This document shows, in pieces, positions 40,680 through 50,103 of a stretch of 64,000 bases of DNA. The position numbers and the translations under genes were made by a program. Where the stretch lies: the IMG/VR virus record IMGVR_UViG_3300026488_000011, positions 1-64,000 of that record. The stretch is one strand, 5' to 3'. Position 1 is the stretch's first letter; each line of letters begins with the position of its first letter. This DNA comes from a virus. Under the pieces are notes generated by a model. The model was not told where the DNA came from. It ran no database searches and saw only the letters and a program-made list of their open reading frames with translations.

Positions 40680-41241
40680 CCATATTCTCTATTATATAAT
40701 TAGCTAACAGTTTTACTTCTTCATTTGTCTTGGTTAAATTTCCTCTGTGATTATTAATATTAATATCTGGTTTAATCTTATCTACATCATATCTTATTCC
40801 ATTTGCGCCGCATGTGCTAATATCTGAGTTTACTTTTACTATTAGCGATTTGAGTGTTCCATCTTTTAGCACATGATACTCAGGTATAAATCTTAAATCC
40901 GGTATTACAACTACGTCGACATCTCTTTTTAGAGACTCTTCTACTAAAATTCTAGCAAAGATGTCTTGACCTAATTTACTCCTTAGACCTTCAGCATATC
41001 TTATTATGGCTTCTCTGGTGGTGATTATCTCTGCCCCAAAACCCACTAGTACATTATCGTTTTTCATCTTTTCTAAAACGATAGGATCAACTCTAAAAGA
41101 TTTAGCAACCATTTCCTTTAATGGTCTAGCTAATGAATCATAGTAGACTTTATAACCTGCATTCCTTAGATGTTTGGTTAACATGGTAGCTACGGTGTCT
41201 TTACCACAACGATCGTAACCTGTAAATGCTATAAATATCAT
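40669..41241 (-). CDS. Deoxynucleoside monophosphate kinase
   Basis: P-loop GYDRCGKDT, DSLARPLKEM, REAII.YAE and PDLRF.PE (T4 gp1-like). Confidence 0.85.
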   Translation of the reverse strand: MIFIAFTGYDRCGKDTVATMLTKHLRNAGYKVYYDSLARPLKEMVAKSFRVDPIVLEKMKNDNVLVGFGAEIITTREAIIRYAEGLRSKLGQDIFARILVEESLKRDVDVVVIPDLRFIPEYHVLKDGTLKSLIVKVNSDISTCGANGIRYDVDKIKPDININNHRGNLTKTNEEVKLLANYIIENMVST

Positions 41242-41243
41242 TT

Positions 41244-41762
41244 TTATTCCTTTATCGGTATTTTATTAAGAACATTGTAATCTTTATACAACTCTATATT
41301 TTCACCTATCAAATGGCTAGAAACTTTAATATTAACCACATTAGGTTTATTACTACTAATATAATAAGCATCCGCAGTACTGACCGGGATACAGATTATT
41401 GTGTTTTCGTTATCTAGACCACATACTTTATTCTCAACTACCTGGGGTTCTCTTAACCGGATAGTAGAAACACTTTCTCTCTGAAAAAACATAAATAGTA
41501 TTAAGAAAGTTATAAGACTTACTATACTATAAACTACAAGGAACCATACTGTTGCTGCTAGTAAATAGCCTGTCATGTTGTTATTTGTTCCGTGATCTTC
41601 AAATATAACAATCTTATACAGTACCACCACGAATGTATAAAACAGAAAGCCTAATATCAGAATCTTGCTTTCCTGATATATTGTAGCTAATATACCAGTT
41701 ATTATAATTATAACGTTCATTAGTATAACAGCTATCTTATAGTTACGATCATTCCTTTCCAT
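41244..41762 (-). CDS. Membrane protein with about three TM helices
   Basis: Hydrophobic N-terminal half. Confidence 0.7.
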   Translation of the reverse strand: MERNDRNYKIAVILMNVIIIITGILATIYQESKILILGFLFYTFVVVLYKIVIFEDHGTNNNMTGYLLAATVWFLVVYSIVSLITFLILFMFFQRESVSTIRLREPQVVENKVCGLDNENTIICIPVSTADAYYISSNKPNVVNIKVSSHLIGENIELYKDYNVLNKIPIKE

Positions 41763-42393
41763 ATCTAGCCTTTAATAAAATAGTAATATATTTAGCTGCT
41801 TTAAACTTCTTGTAAAGCCTATCTATTCTACCAGTCTTTATACTTAAGACTGCTTTTCTTTTTTCTTTTGGTGGTCTATTCGATTCCATTATCTCTAGAT
41901 ATTTAGAAATTGCTTTCAATTCGTTTTCGTTCATAAATTCATGTATCCTACCAGTAATATCTACTACGCCACTAGGATCTTTTAACAAATAATTTCCATC
42001 TTCATAATGATATTCTATTTCTACAGATCTATTAACCAATTTTGATAAATCGTGTCCATCGTCTTTAGGTAATCTCGATTTGGCTACCCTGATCACTACG
42101 CGTCCTAGCTCTAGCAAAATATTGTTAATATCTTCAACTGTACCTAAATATACAATACTGAATTGCCCGTCGTAACTGCAAGGATAGAGCTTATGTTCTG
42201 TTATTCTCTTAATAGAATCAAATCTTCTATCAAACTCTAATAATTCTAGCTCTTTCTTAAGAGTGCAAATAACAGACAGCTCCTTTATAAAAATTGAAAT
42301 CAAAGATTTCTCGTCCTTATTTAACTTTCTGTTCAGCTCTATTATCTCATTTTTATTCCCTGTACTTACTTTTATAAAAACTTCCATTTTCAA
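41749..42393 (-). CDS. Hypothetical protein
   Basis: ~214 aa in the operon; true start may be ATG 42387. Confidence 0.7.
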   Translation of the reverse strand: MKMEVFIKVSTGNKNEIIELNRKLNKDEKSLISIFIKELSVICTLKKELELLEFDRRFDSIKRITEHKLYPCSYDGQFSIVYLGTVEDINNILLELGRVVIRVAKSRLPKDDGHDLSKLVNRSVEIEYHYEDGNYLLKDPSGVVDITGRIHEFMNENELKAISKYLEIMESNRPPKEKRKAVLSIKTGRIDRLYKKFKAAKYITILLKARYGKE

Positions 42394-42396
42394 TCC

Positions 42397-42738
42397 TTAG
42401 ATACTTGGTAATCTACTGCGATATGAGGAATATCTAAAATTCTTATTATTCAGCGTCTCGATAGCAGAAAACATAAATCTGTTAAACTTATCACATTTCT
42501 TAAATCTTAATAGATAAGGAAACTTATCCTTTATCTTTTTTCGTTCTTGCCTGGAATTAATATTACTCTCTACCTCATCCATAGCACTTAATTCTTCTTG
42601 GGTTAGATATTTCTTTAAAGATTCTCGTCCCCATACTTTAGCACGTGTTAGGACTCTAAGATTCTTATCCAGTAATCTAATTGTATAAATATCAGTATCA
42701 TTGTTTTTAGTAACTAGTTTAAAAGCTGTTTTAAACAT
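42397..42738 (-). CDS. Hypothetical protein
   Basis: 113 aa; AAGGAGG SD; TAA-ATG junction with the upstream ORF. Confidence 0.7.
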   Translation of the reverse strand: MFKTAFKLVTKNNDTDIYTIRLLDKNLRVLTRAKVWGRESLKKYLTQEELSAMDEVESNINSRQERKKIKDKFPYLLRFKKCDKFNRFMFSAIETLNNKNFRYSSYRSRLPSI

Positions 42739-43140
42739 TTATTCCTCCTTAAATCCATTTAAGATATAACAGATAGCTCTGGCTTGATTAATAGGCGTTA
42801 CACCAAACATATCTGTAATGGTTTTATCTTTTGCCTTTTCTTTTATTTCTTCTAGCAACTCTGGTTTCTCTTTAAAATACTCTACCCATAGTTCTACGTA
42901 TTCTTTAAATAACTCTTGTTCGGACTTATTATTTAGAGGGGGTTTGTCTTTAGCTTCTTTCCAGTGGCTAACTTTACCTCTATAACCTTTTATATCTAAC
43001 TGATAAATCTCTTCAATGGACCTACCGTGATATCTTGTTAGACGAGCATAAAGAGCTGAATATCGTTTATCCCCTTTACTACTGCATTCGTAATAGGGTT
43101 CTCCTCTCTTAACTCTCCTAGCCCATCTGTAAATTACTTT
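42739..43140 (-). CDS. Start-less ORF in the -1 frame of the DNA polymerase stop; conserved phage domain, possibly NADAR-like fold
   Basis: Manual translation: KVIYRWARRVKRGEPYYECSSKGDKRYSALYARLTRYHGRSIEEIYQLDIKGYRG...YVELWVEYFKEKPELLEEIKEKAKDKTITDMFGVTPINQARAICYILNGFKEE*; exactly fills the gap; no ATG, GTG or TTG near its 5' end. Confidence 0.7.
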   Translation of the reverse strand, partial: KVIYRWARRVKRGEPYYECSSKGDKRYSALYARLTRYHGRSIEEIYQLDIKGYRGKVSHWKEAKDKPPLNNKSEQELFKEYVELWVEYFKEKPELLEEIKEKAKDKTITDMFGVTPINQARAICYILNGFKEE

Positions 43141-45302
43141 TTTTCTTCTACTCCATTGTCAATTAGATCTATAACTTTTAATCCAGGTTTAATGTAATAC
43201 CCTAATGAGTTTAGGATCATGTATAAGACATTACAGTTATCTTTTACAACTTTGTCTATATCTATTACTGACATAATCTCTTCTGGGAATCCTTTGTTAT
43301 ATAGGTTTACTAATGGAAACTTAAATGTCTTTATTTCTGACTTGTTGTATTTTTTAAGGAACTCTTCAAATCTCTGCTTAAGCTCATTGTCTTTTATAGA
43401 GTCCAAGAAGTTTTTCATATCTGTTTTATTATTAATAGTCGTAGGAATTTTAAGAGCCATATATGTAGGCTCAGGAGCATGACCGTACTTAGGTGCAAAC
43501 ACTTCTTCCCATAGCAAGTATTGTAGATATGGTGTTTTAGAAATATCTGGTTCTTTATACGCATTAGCTTCTTTAATTTTCTCTAACTTCAATACTTCCG
43601 GAGAACCTTCTTGTATTTTAGTAATTATATGTTTCTCCATGTCTGCTACTTTCTTCACATATTTACGTAGTGATATTTTCTTGTTACTACCTACCTCACT
43701 CATAATCTCCATCATCATTTCGTCTGCTAACTTCCTTACTGGTCCATACGCAAATGATGCAATAAGATGTACTCCTTTCTTTTCTAAATCAGGTTCTTTA
43801 AACACGTTACCTTCCTGTATTCTCACGTTAGCGTAATAGTGTTTAGATACATCTGTATTTACAAATACATCCCAGAAAAACTCATTCTTCATTTCTAAGT
43901 TTTTAGCAGCGTCATAATCTAAGTTCATATTGGCTCCTAGGAGCTTAATATAGTGGTCGATTGCCTGCGTCGTAAATGTCATAATTGCTGCCGTAATGGA
44001 TACCGCGTCTTTATTAAATACCATCTGACCATCATTATACCACTCTACCCAGTTTTGATATGTAGCACAGGTAGAATCCGTATCTGATAGCACGATTACT
44101 TCTCTTAGCATATCTTTTATATATGCGATCGAAATTGGAAACACTTTAGTAACAAAAAATGTTTTTATCAAGTCTTCTTTTTCCTGGAACGACTGCATTA
44201 GTCTGTTAGCGGTAGAAGCTAATATCTCTACCGTGTCATCGTCTAACGCGTCTTCTCCATCTAAGACATATTTTCTTCCTCTCATTAAGTCAGATTCTAC
44301 ATGTAGTAGTAAGTTAGTAATCCAGCTAGGTATCGATTTTAGATAGTCTCTAGGATTATCTACTTTGATCGGTTTATACTTAATTATATCGTCTAACCAA
44401 CCCTTCATGAATTCAGGATTTAACTCCCGTAATTGGAATAGATCATTTACGTATGCAATAGCTGCTAATTCGAATCCCGATAGTGATTTCAGAAATTTAT
44501 ATATCTCTCTTTCCTTTTCTGTATGCTTCCAGTACGGTCTTGTATTTTTCTTAATTACATTTTCCATCACATAGTCAGGTGTAGGAATAGTAAGTCTATA
44601 CTTCCTTATTATTTCTTCTATCTTATCTACGTCTACTGAGGCTAATATAGCGGTAAGATGATTTAATGTTACTTCAGGGTTTCTATAGTGTCTATTACCG
44701 GATATCATTGATTCAGAGATGGCATTTCCTATACCAGCTACACATCTGGTAATTGAAGTAAGCGTATAATGTGCTGATGGATTATATAACACCGTACCGG
44801 CACTAGCATAAGCTCCTGATAGAGAGTTGTTTTTAATCTTCATGGATTTTTGCAATGTATTGTGGTAATTATGTTTTTCTATATCTCCATCCATTTTGTA
44901 TTTAAAAGCTAGTTTTTTATGTTTAGATCTTAAAGCAATGTTATCGCTAATAAATTCTGCATGTAGAGATTTTTTCTTTTTAGGATTAAAGTAAACTGTA
45001 AATGATGGTACTATTATATCTCCTTGTTGTTTAACATAGTTGATATAACCGATTAGTGTAGTGATTTGATTATTTAGAATCTTACCATCCAATGTTCTTT
45101 CTCTAAACTTAACTCTAGGGTTTTTTATTTTACCTTGTTCTTTAAACTCTTGCAATTTCTTTTTTACTAGTTTTTTAGATTCTGGAAATGGTATATCTTT
45201 TTTCTTAGTTATATAAATAGCTGCTTGTTCTATGTAATCACTTATTGGATCCATATGTGGTTTATAATCTTCAGGTCTTAGCTTAAATATATCTGACATC
45301 AT
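43134..45302 (-). CDS. Family-B DNA polymerase, catalytic part of the split enzyme (phiKZ gp82-like)
   Basis: Motif B SMKIKNNSLSGA, motif C SDTDST, KHYYA and LEKKGVHL. Confidence 0.9.
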   Translation of the reverse strand: MMSDIFKLRPEDYKPHMDPISDYIEQAAIYITKKKDIPFPESKKLVKKKLQEFKEQGKIKNPRVKFRERTLDGKILNNQITTLIGYINYVKQQGDIIVPSFTVYFNPKKKKSLHAEFISDNIALRSKHKKLAFKYKMDGDIEKHNYHNTLQKSMKIKNNSLSGAYASAGTVLYNPSAHYTLTSITRCVAGIGNAISESMISGNRHYRNPEVTLNHLTAILASVDVDKIEEIIRKYRLTIPTPDYVMENVIKKNTRPYWKHTEKEREIYKFLKSLSGFELAAIAYVNDLFQLRELNPEFMKGWLDDIIKYKPIKVDNPRDYLKSIPSWITNLLLHVESDLMRGRKYVLDGEDALDDDTVEILASTANRLMQSFQEKEDLIKTFFVTKVFPISIAYIKDMLREVIVLSDTDSTCATYQNWVEWYNDGQMVFNKDAVSITAAIMTFTTQAIDHYIKLLGANMNLDYDAAKNLEMKNEFFWDVFVNTDVSKHYYANVRIQEGNVFKEPDLEKKGVHLIASFAYGPVRKLADEMMMEIMSEVGSNKKISLRKYVKKVADMEKHIITKIQEGSPEVLKLEKIKEANAYKEPDISKTPYLQYLLWEEVFAPKYGHAPEPTYMALKIPTTINNKTDMKNFLDSIKDNELKQRFEEFLKKYNKSEIKTFKFPLVNLYNKGFPEEIMSVIDIDKVVKDNCNVLYMILNSLGYYIKPGLKVIDLIDNGVEEKK

Positions 45303-45439
45303 TTAGTCCTTTATAGGTTCTATGCATTCTATAAACCATTGGTGATATTTGATAACCAAACTTTTTTAATCGGATTAAAATCTGTTGATCTTTAAATAAG
45401 ATGTTAGGGAACATATCAAAATCTCTCTATAGATATAGA

Positions 45440-45682
45440 AGAGTGCGATCACTGTTCTTAGTAGGCCTGGACAACCTACGACCGTGTCATCTTAGCTATC
45501 GCTCTCGGTGATCCTGCCTCTCTGAGGTGGGGTCATCGAGGGTGGTAGTAGAGAAACCATTAGCTGGTGGGAATCACGGGGGAGCAGAGGGGGAGGTCTA
45601 TGTCCGGGTGGGGGCGGGTGTAGGGAAGGACAATACAATCCAATGTTTAACCGATTAGCAAAACTATTTGAACGAAGTGAGA
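45440..45682 (+). ncRNA. GC-rich structured non-coding element, copy 2 (candidate ncRNA or origin)
   Basis: 20-bp hairpin 45501-45543 with G-U pairs, G-tracts 45578-45625 and motifs shared with copy 1. Confidence 0.6.
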
Positions 45683-45790
45683 ATACTCTGTAAAGAGTAA
45701 ATAAGAAAAAGAAAAAATAAAGATAGAAATATTAGGAATAGAGAAGAAAGTACTAGAGCAGTGTAGATAAGGATAGATAGGAACTATATC

Positions 45791-46078
45791 CTATCTATTT
45801 GACTTTATGTACTGTATGAGATCATCAAGTTCATAAACTGTTAAGTTAGATGTGAGAAATGATAAGAATGTTTCACTAAACATCCTATGTCTTTGTTCTA
45901 ATAGTTGTGGAATGTGATAGATTAACCTGTTTGACAGATCAGGGTTATCTGGATTATATATCTCTCTAAGGTATGAGGCTGAGGAAATGTTAATAAGTGT
46001 TGATTCTAATAGATGAGGTAGTAGATTATTATCAGACAGATATTTTACTAAGGTAAGTAAATCTTTATCCGTAAACAT
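45791..46078 (-). CDS. Hypothetical L/S-rich protein; possibly the frameshifted 3' part of an ORF starting at 46155
   Basis: No SD at 46078; SD-led ATG at 46155 opens a 35-codon overlapping ORF in another frame. Confidence 0.45.
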   Translation of the reverse strand: MFTDKDLLTLVKYLSDNNLLPHLLESTLINISSASYLREIYNPDNPDLSNRLIYHIPQLLEQRHRMFSETFLSFLTSNLTVYELDDLIQYIKSNR

Positions 46079-46166
46079 ATTATCGATATTACTTTAGATG
46101 GTGTGTCAAGACGATCTAGTATGGCTGGGAATATGTTTATCATAATTTCTTTCATGTCGTGTTCCT

Positions 46167-46544
46167 TTACAGTGGTGATATTTTAGTATCATTAGTGAGT
46201 TGCTTTCTGATAAGGTTATTGAACTTTCTATAGTTTTTTCTTACCATGGTTTTAGCGTTACCTGGGACACCCTTCTTAAAATGTCCTATCGTGCAGTTTA
46301 CTGTAGGATAATGATCTTCAGGTATGTCTAGCTTTTTACCTTTAAATCGTTTATTCAGATCCCTTATAAAGCCGTCTAGGTAGTTCTTATCTAAGTCAGT
46401 GTACTTATAAAGATTTACAGAATGTCTTGAACCATCTGGTAATTCTAAAACCACGTATACTTTATCATCACCTTGTAAATATTGATCTGCGGTGGTGATG
46501 AAGTAGTCTGATCCGTATGAGAAAAATAGAATCTTTACTTTCAT
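46167..46544 (-). CDS. Hypothetical early protein
   Basis: 125 aa; AAAAGGAG SD and early promoter. Confidence 0.8.
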   Translation of the reverse strand: MKVKILFFSYGSDYFITTADQYLQGDDKVYVVLELPDGSRHSVNLYKYTDLDKNYLDGFIRDLNKRFKGKKLDIPEDHYPTVNCTIGHFKKGVPGNAKTMVRKNYRKFNNLIRKQLTNDTKISPL

Positions 46545-46578
46545 GTCGTACTCCTTTTGTTAATTTTGATTCTTCTGT

Positions 46579-46589
46579 TTAATAATATG
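46579..46589 (-). promoter_or_regulatory. Putative early promoter CATATTATTAA
   Basis: 17-nt identity (46575-46591) with 1883-1899. Confidence 0.65.
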
Positions 46590-46606
46590 TAAACATATGG
46601 CATTAG

Positions 46607-46638
46607 ACATCACAGTAGGAAATATCCTACTGTGATGT
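46607..46638 (-). terminator. Terminator hairpin overlapping the mazG stop
   Basis: ACATCACAGTAGGA-AATA-TCCTACTGTGATGT. Confidence 0.75.
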
Positions 46639-47196
46639 TAAGTTTCGTTCTAATATTTCTCTTTCTTTCTTAAGATCTCTTTGTAAAGCATCTACTTGTG
46701 TAAATTTATTAGGATATCTGGCAGAGAGCTTTTCTATGTTAGAAATCATTAACAGTTCTATGCTATTATCATATGTGGCGTCTCTGATAAAGTAACATAA
46801 GTCTAATAGATCTTTCTTTAACGCATCTATGTCAAACTCTTTTCCGTAGAACAGAGTCTTTTTAGAGTTATCAAAACTGTTTACTAGTATTGTATCGAAT
46901 TCTATGGATTTTATTAGATCGGTATTAAATATTTCTTCTATTTCGTTTATAAAATTGTTATCGTTTAATTCATCAGCAATTATAGCTAGATACCATAACA
47001 TATCTCCTACTTCTTCCAGAGCATTTACATTATCGTTATTTTTAATAGCTTCTCTGAATTCATCTTTTTCTGTAATTATTCCTTGTATACCATGGAATAA
47101 TCTAGCTGTTAAGCCTCTTTCCTCTACTTCCTTTTTAAAAGGATTTAAACTGCTTTCAGTTCTTATTGCTAACGGAATATATTCCTTAAACTTCAT
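46627..47196 (-). CDS. mazG: MazG-like nucleotide pyrophosphohydrolase
   Basis: LFHG..GIITE..E, EEVGDMLWYLA and NIEKLSARYP motifs. Confidence 0.85.
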   Translation of the reverse strand: MKFKEYIPLAIRTESSLNPFKKEVEERGLTARLFHGIQGIITEKDEFREAIKNNDNVNALEEVGDMLWYLAIIADELNDNNFINEIEEIFNTDLIKSIEFDTILVNSFDNSKKTLFYGKEFDIDALKKDLLDLCYFIRDATYDNSIELLMISNIEKLSARYPNKFTQVDALQRDLKKEREILERNLTSQ

Positions 47197-47678
47197 TTTA
47201 CATCTCCTGATGTTAATTTCTCTACTAGTTGATTATATGTTCTAAATAGATAAATATCGCATGTATCTCTATCTCTGACTATATAAAAATGAGGTATAGT
47301 ACCGTAGTCATATATTTTATCTCTTATAGACAACGATCCTATCCATTTGACTTTACCTACAGATTCGTCGTATACCTCTTCTTTAGTATTCTTATTCTTC
47401 ATATGGTTATCTTTATCGAATTTAGGTAGGATCTGTATATGTATGTTATTACCAGCTAGAAGTTCTTTATCCTTAGGTTTAAATATAAATGGATAATCTA
47501 GTTTCTTATATAGATCATTATACAGTCCTCTTACCGTACTGTTTATACCATTTTCATCTATATAACTCTTAATCAATCTTTTTAACTCCACTACGTCGTA
47601 ATCTGAGAAGTTCTTTACATCTACTGTAAGTGTACTAGTCTCGTTTGTGATGTATGCTATAGGTATTTCAAATACCAT
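47193..47678 (-). CDS. Hypothetical protein
   Basis: 161 aa with SD. Confidence 0.7.
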   Translation of the reverse strand: MVFEIPIAYITNETSTLTVDVKNFSDYDVVELKRLIKSYIDENGINSTVRGLYNDLYKKLDYPFIFKPKDKELLAGNNIHIQILPKFDKDNHMKNKNTKEEVYDESVGKVKWIGSLSIRDKIYDYGTIPHFYIVRDRDTCDIYLFRTYNQLVEKLTSGDVK

Positions 47679-47751
47679 GGGTTACTCCTTTCTTTTTTGA
47701 TCTCATGGATATTGAAGACAATTAAAAAACAGTATAGGGTAAAAGTTTACC

Positions 47752-48711
47752 CTATACCTTGTGCAAGTTGTCTTCAATTACGTTTTCAATAGTCTTTATT
47801 ATTTCTTTGGTTTTGTAGAATGATTTTCTAGAATCTGCTATTTTTCTAATCATGCTCCTATTGTTTATACCTTCTGTTAAAACAGAATAGATAATTGCCA
47901 GGAGAGTAGGTTTATGCTCTACCATAGCTATTGATAGTTCTTTGCTGTTTACTGCTATGAACGATCTACTTAGTCCATTTATAACTAAGTCTTCAGTAAT
48001 TCCCTTAGCTCTTTTGTTATCATAAATAACTTTAATATTTTCTACTAGGTCGCTAATAGTTCTAGATGGTAATATTAGTCTCTCTTCTTTATATGCTCTT
48101 TCTAGAGAATCTTTAAGATATCTCAAATCGCCAGTAATTAATCTTCTTAACGTTAGGTTAGGTAACATGTTGATAATCGTATCAAAGTCAATTTCTCTCT
48201 CTATGTCCATTGCAACATAGTGTAACTGTGCTAACACATTTACAATATCGCCTAACTGTTTATCAAATACGGCAGTCATTATCGTAGTAGATATTACAGT
48301 ACTGAACAAATAATTAATAGGTTCGTTGATGCTTAACATAAACCCTGTATCGCCTTCTAAAAACATTTTATTTAGGATTAATCTATTTAGCTGTAATCTT
48401 CCGTTGTATCTATCCGCAAAGTAATCAGTCACATTGATCATATCTTCTAAGTTTTGTTTCATAAACATTCTGAGATCAATAGCTATGGTATCTCTATCCT
48501 TCACATCTTTAAAGATTAAAGGATGATGGAATGGAATTACTTCTTTTTCTATTTCATGTTTTCCAGTAATTAATACTACTTTGTATTTGTTTTCAATTAC
48601 CTCGTAATTTAGAGGTTCGCCTATTTTAATAATCAGCTCATTGAGCTCTGTCTTAATTTTATCTAGATTAGGTGTATATTCACCTAACGTTCCTTTATAT
48701 ACGTCTAACAC
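47752..48711 (-). CDS. Hypothetical protein, probably a conserved phiKZ-like core gene
   Basis: 319 aa, GTG start with AAGGAG SD; PF.HP and IDLR.F motifs. Confidence 0.65.
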   Translation of the reverse strand: MLDVYKGTLGEYTPNLDKIKTELNELIIKIGEPLNYEVIENKYKVVLITGKHEIEKEVIPFHHPLIFKDVKDRDTIAIDLRMFMKQNLEDMINVTDYFADRYNGRLQLNRLILNKMFLEGDTGFMLSINEPINYLFSTVISTTIMTAVFDKQLGDIVNVLAQLHYVAMDIEREIDFDTIINMLPNLTLRRLITGDLRYLKDSLERAYKEERLILPSRTISDLVENIKVIYDNKRAKGITEDLVINGLSRSFIAVNSKELSIAMVEHKPTLLAIIYSVLTEGINNRSMIRKIADSRKSFYKTKEIIKTIENVIEDNLHKV

Positions 48712-48802
48712 TTTCTGCTCCTTAAATTTTAATTCAAAATAACGTTATTTAATATCTAGTTCTTTACTGAAAAAAAAAAATGAAACTATTAAGGAGTGTA
48801 AA

Positions 48803-49336
48803 ATGATATGGCAAAAATACTTAGCAGATATATACGGTATCAAAAATATACCTGATGGTCTTTTTGATCTAGAAATAGTAAATGAATCTGAACCGGTAAT
48901 GAACGTAAAAGATGAATTATCCAGACTAAATCCAGAGACTGTTAACGCTTACACATATTCTATAGTTAATAGAAGAAATGAAAACTCGTTATATATAACC
49001 GTGAAAACAAGATATGGTAAATCAGAAGAAATAATAGTCCATGGTGTTACTGAACCTGGAAAAGGTAATAAAACAGATATCCTGTACGAATTTAGATCTA
49101 AAAATAAGTTCACAGATGACGAATTAGCCAAATTAAAAGAAGCTCTAACATTCCTCAAATCTGTCATAGGCGATTCTGAGGCGTTATTTAATTCTAAACC
49201 ATTTATTAAACTAAAATCATGGTTTTTAGCAAACTTAGTCGGATTTGATATTATTGATTCCATTAACAACATAAATCGTATTGTAGCAGGCGTAACTGGT
49301 AAACCTATAAAGTATTGGTTAGAAAATGACTTATGA
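48803..49336 (+). CDS. Hypothetical protein
   Basis: 177 aa with AAGGAG SD. Confidence 0.75.
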   Translation: MIWQKYLADIYGIKNIPDGLFDLEIVNESEPVMNVKDELSRLNPETVNAYTYSIVNRRNENSLYITVKTRYGKSEEIIVHGVTEPGKGNKTDILYEFRSKNKFTDDELAKLKEALTFLKSVIGDSEALFNSKPFIKLKSWFLANLVGFDIIDSINNINRIVAGVTGKPIKYWLENDL

Positions 49337-49583
49337 AGTTTTAGATGTTAAACACGGGAACAAAAGAATTATTTACAGATTTAGCTTGCCTGCTAGGCTA
49401 GATTTAAAAACAGTTAATTTAGGTAGTTCAGATAAGGCTAGGAAGTTTGCTATCGATACTTATAACAATGTTATTGATGAATTAGGTATTAATCCACAGG
49501 ATCACTTAGTAGCTTTAAAATCGATGAAGAAAATAATAGCTACTAGGATAAAAGAAAAAATAAAATCATATACTCCATCATGA
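49326..49583 (+). CDS. Hypothetical protein
   Basis: 85 aa, overlapping the upstream stop; its own stop lies in a hairpin. Confidence 0.65.
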   Translation: MTYEVLDVKHGNKRIIYRFSLPARLDLKTVNLGSSDKARKFAIDTYNNVIDELGINPQDHLVALKSMKKIIATRIKEKIKSYTPS

Positions 49584-49606
49584 CAGGTTAATTCCTGTCA
49601 TGATGG

Positions 49607-50053
49607 TTATAAAGATTTCTCTCTTAATACAAGTGGTAACTCGAATATTTCTACTAATTTTTTATCTAGGATTTCATCTGCTTCTTTTATCTTATCTATT
49701 TCTATATGTGTTAATGCCGGTACTTCACCTATTTCTTCTGCTATCATATCTCTTACAATTTTCATATATGTTTCCAGGTGCTTTAGTTTAAATTCAGGCA
49801 GTTCAAAATCGCGAAACACTATCATAACTTTTTCATGTTCCGGTAATGTTTCAGATAAGGACTGAATTTCTTTTATTACTCCTAATGGAAAAACCACTTT
49901 AAGATTGTCAGTGTTGATACTTATTGCAGCTCTAGATTGCGTATCTAACGTTAATACACTGTCCAACTTAAACAACATATTAACTGTCTTGTCTATAGCT
50001 CTTACTGCTGTCATTGGTTTATCTATAGATACTAAGAGTACTGGGTATTTCAT
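49607..50053 (-). CDS. Hypothetical protein
   Basis: 148 aa with AGGAG SD. Confidence 0.7.
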   Translation of the reverse strand: MKYPVLLVSIDKPMTAVRAIDKTVNMLFKLDSVLTLDTQSRAAISINTDNLKVVFPLGVIKEIQSLSETLPEHEKVMIVFRDFELPEFKLKHLETYMKIVRDMIAEEIGEVPALTHIEIDKIKEADEILDKKLVEIFELPLVLREKSL

Positions 50054-50103
50054 GTTTTCTCCTTTTTTTGTTTAGTAAAAAAGAAATAGGAACGGAATAC
50101 GGA

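Noticed and set aside
46627-47196. MazG and dNMP kinase as a novel anti-defence system
   Set aside because: Both are common phage nucleotide-metabolism genes, are not adjacent and show no unusual features
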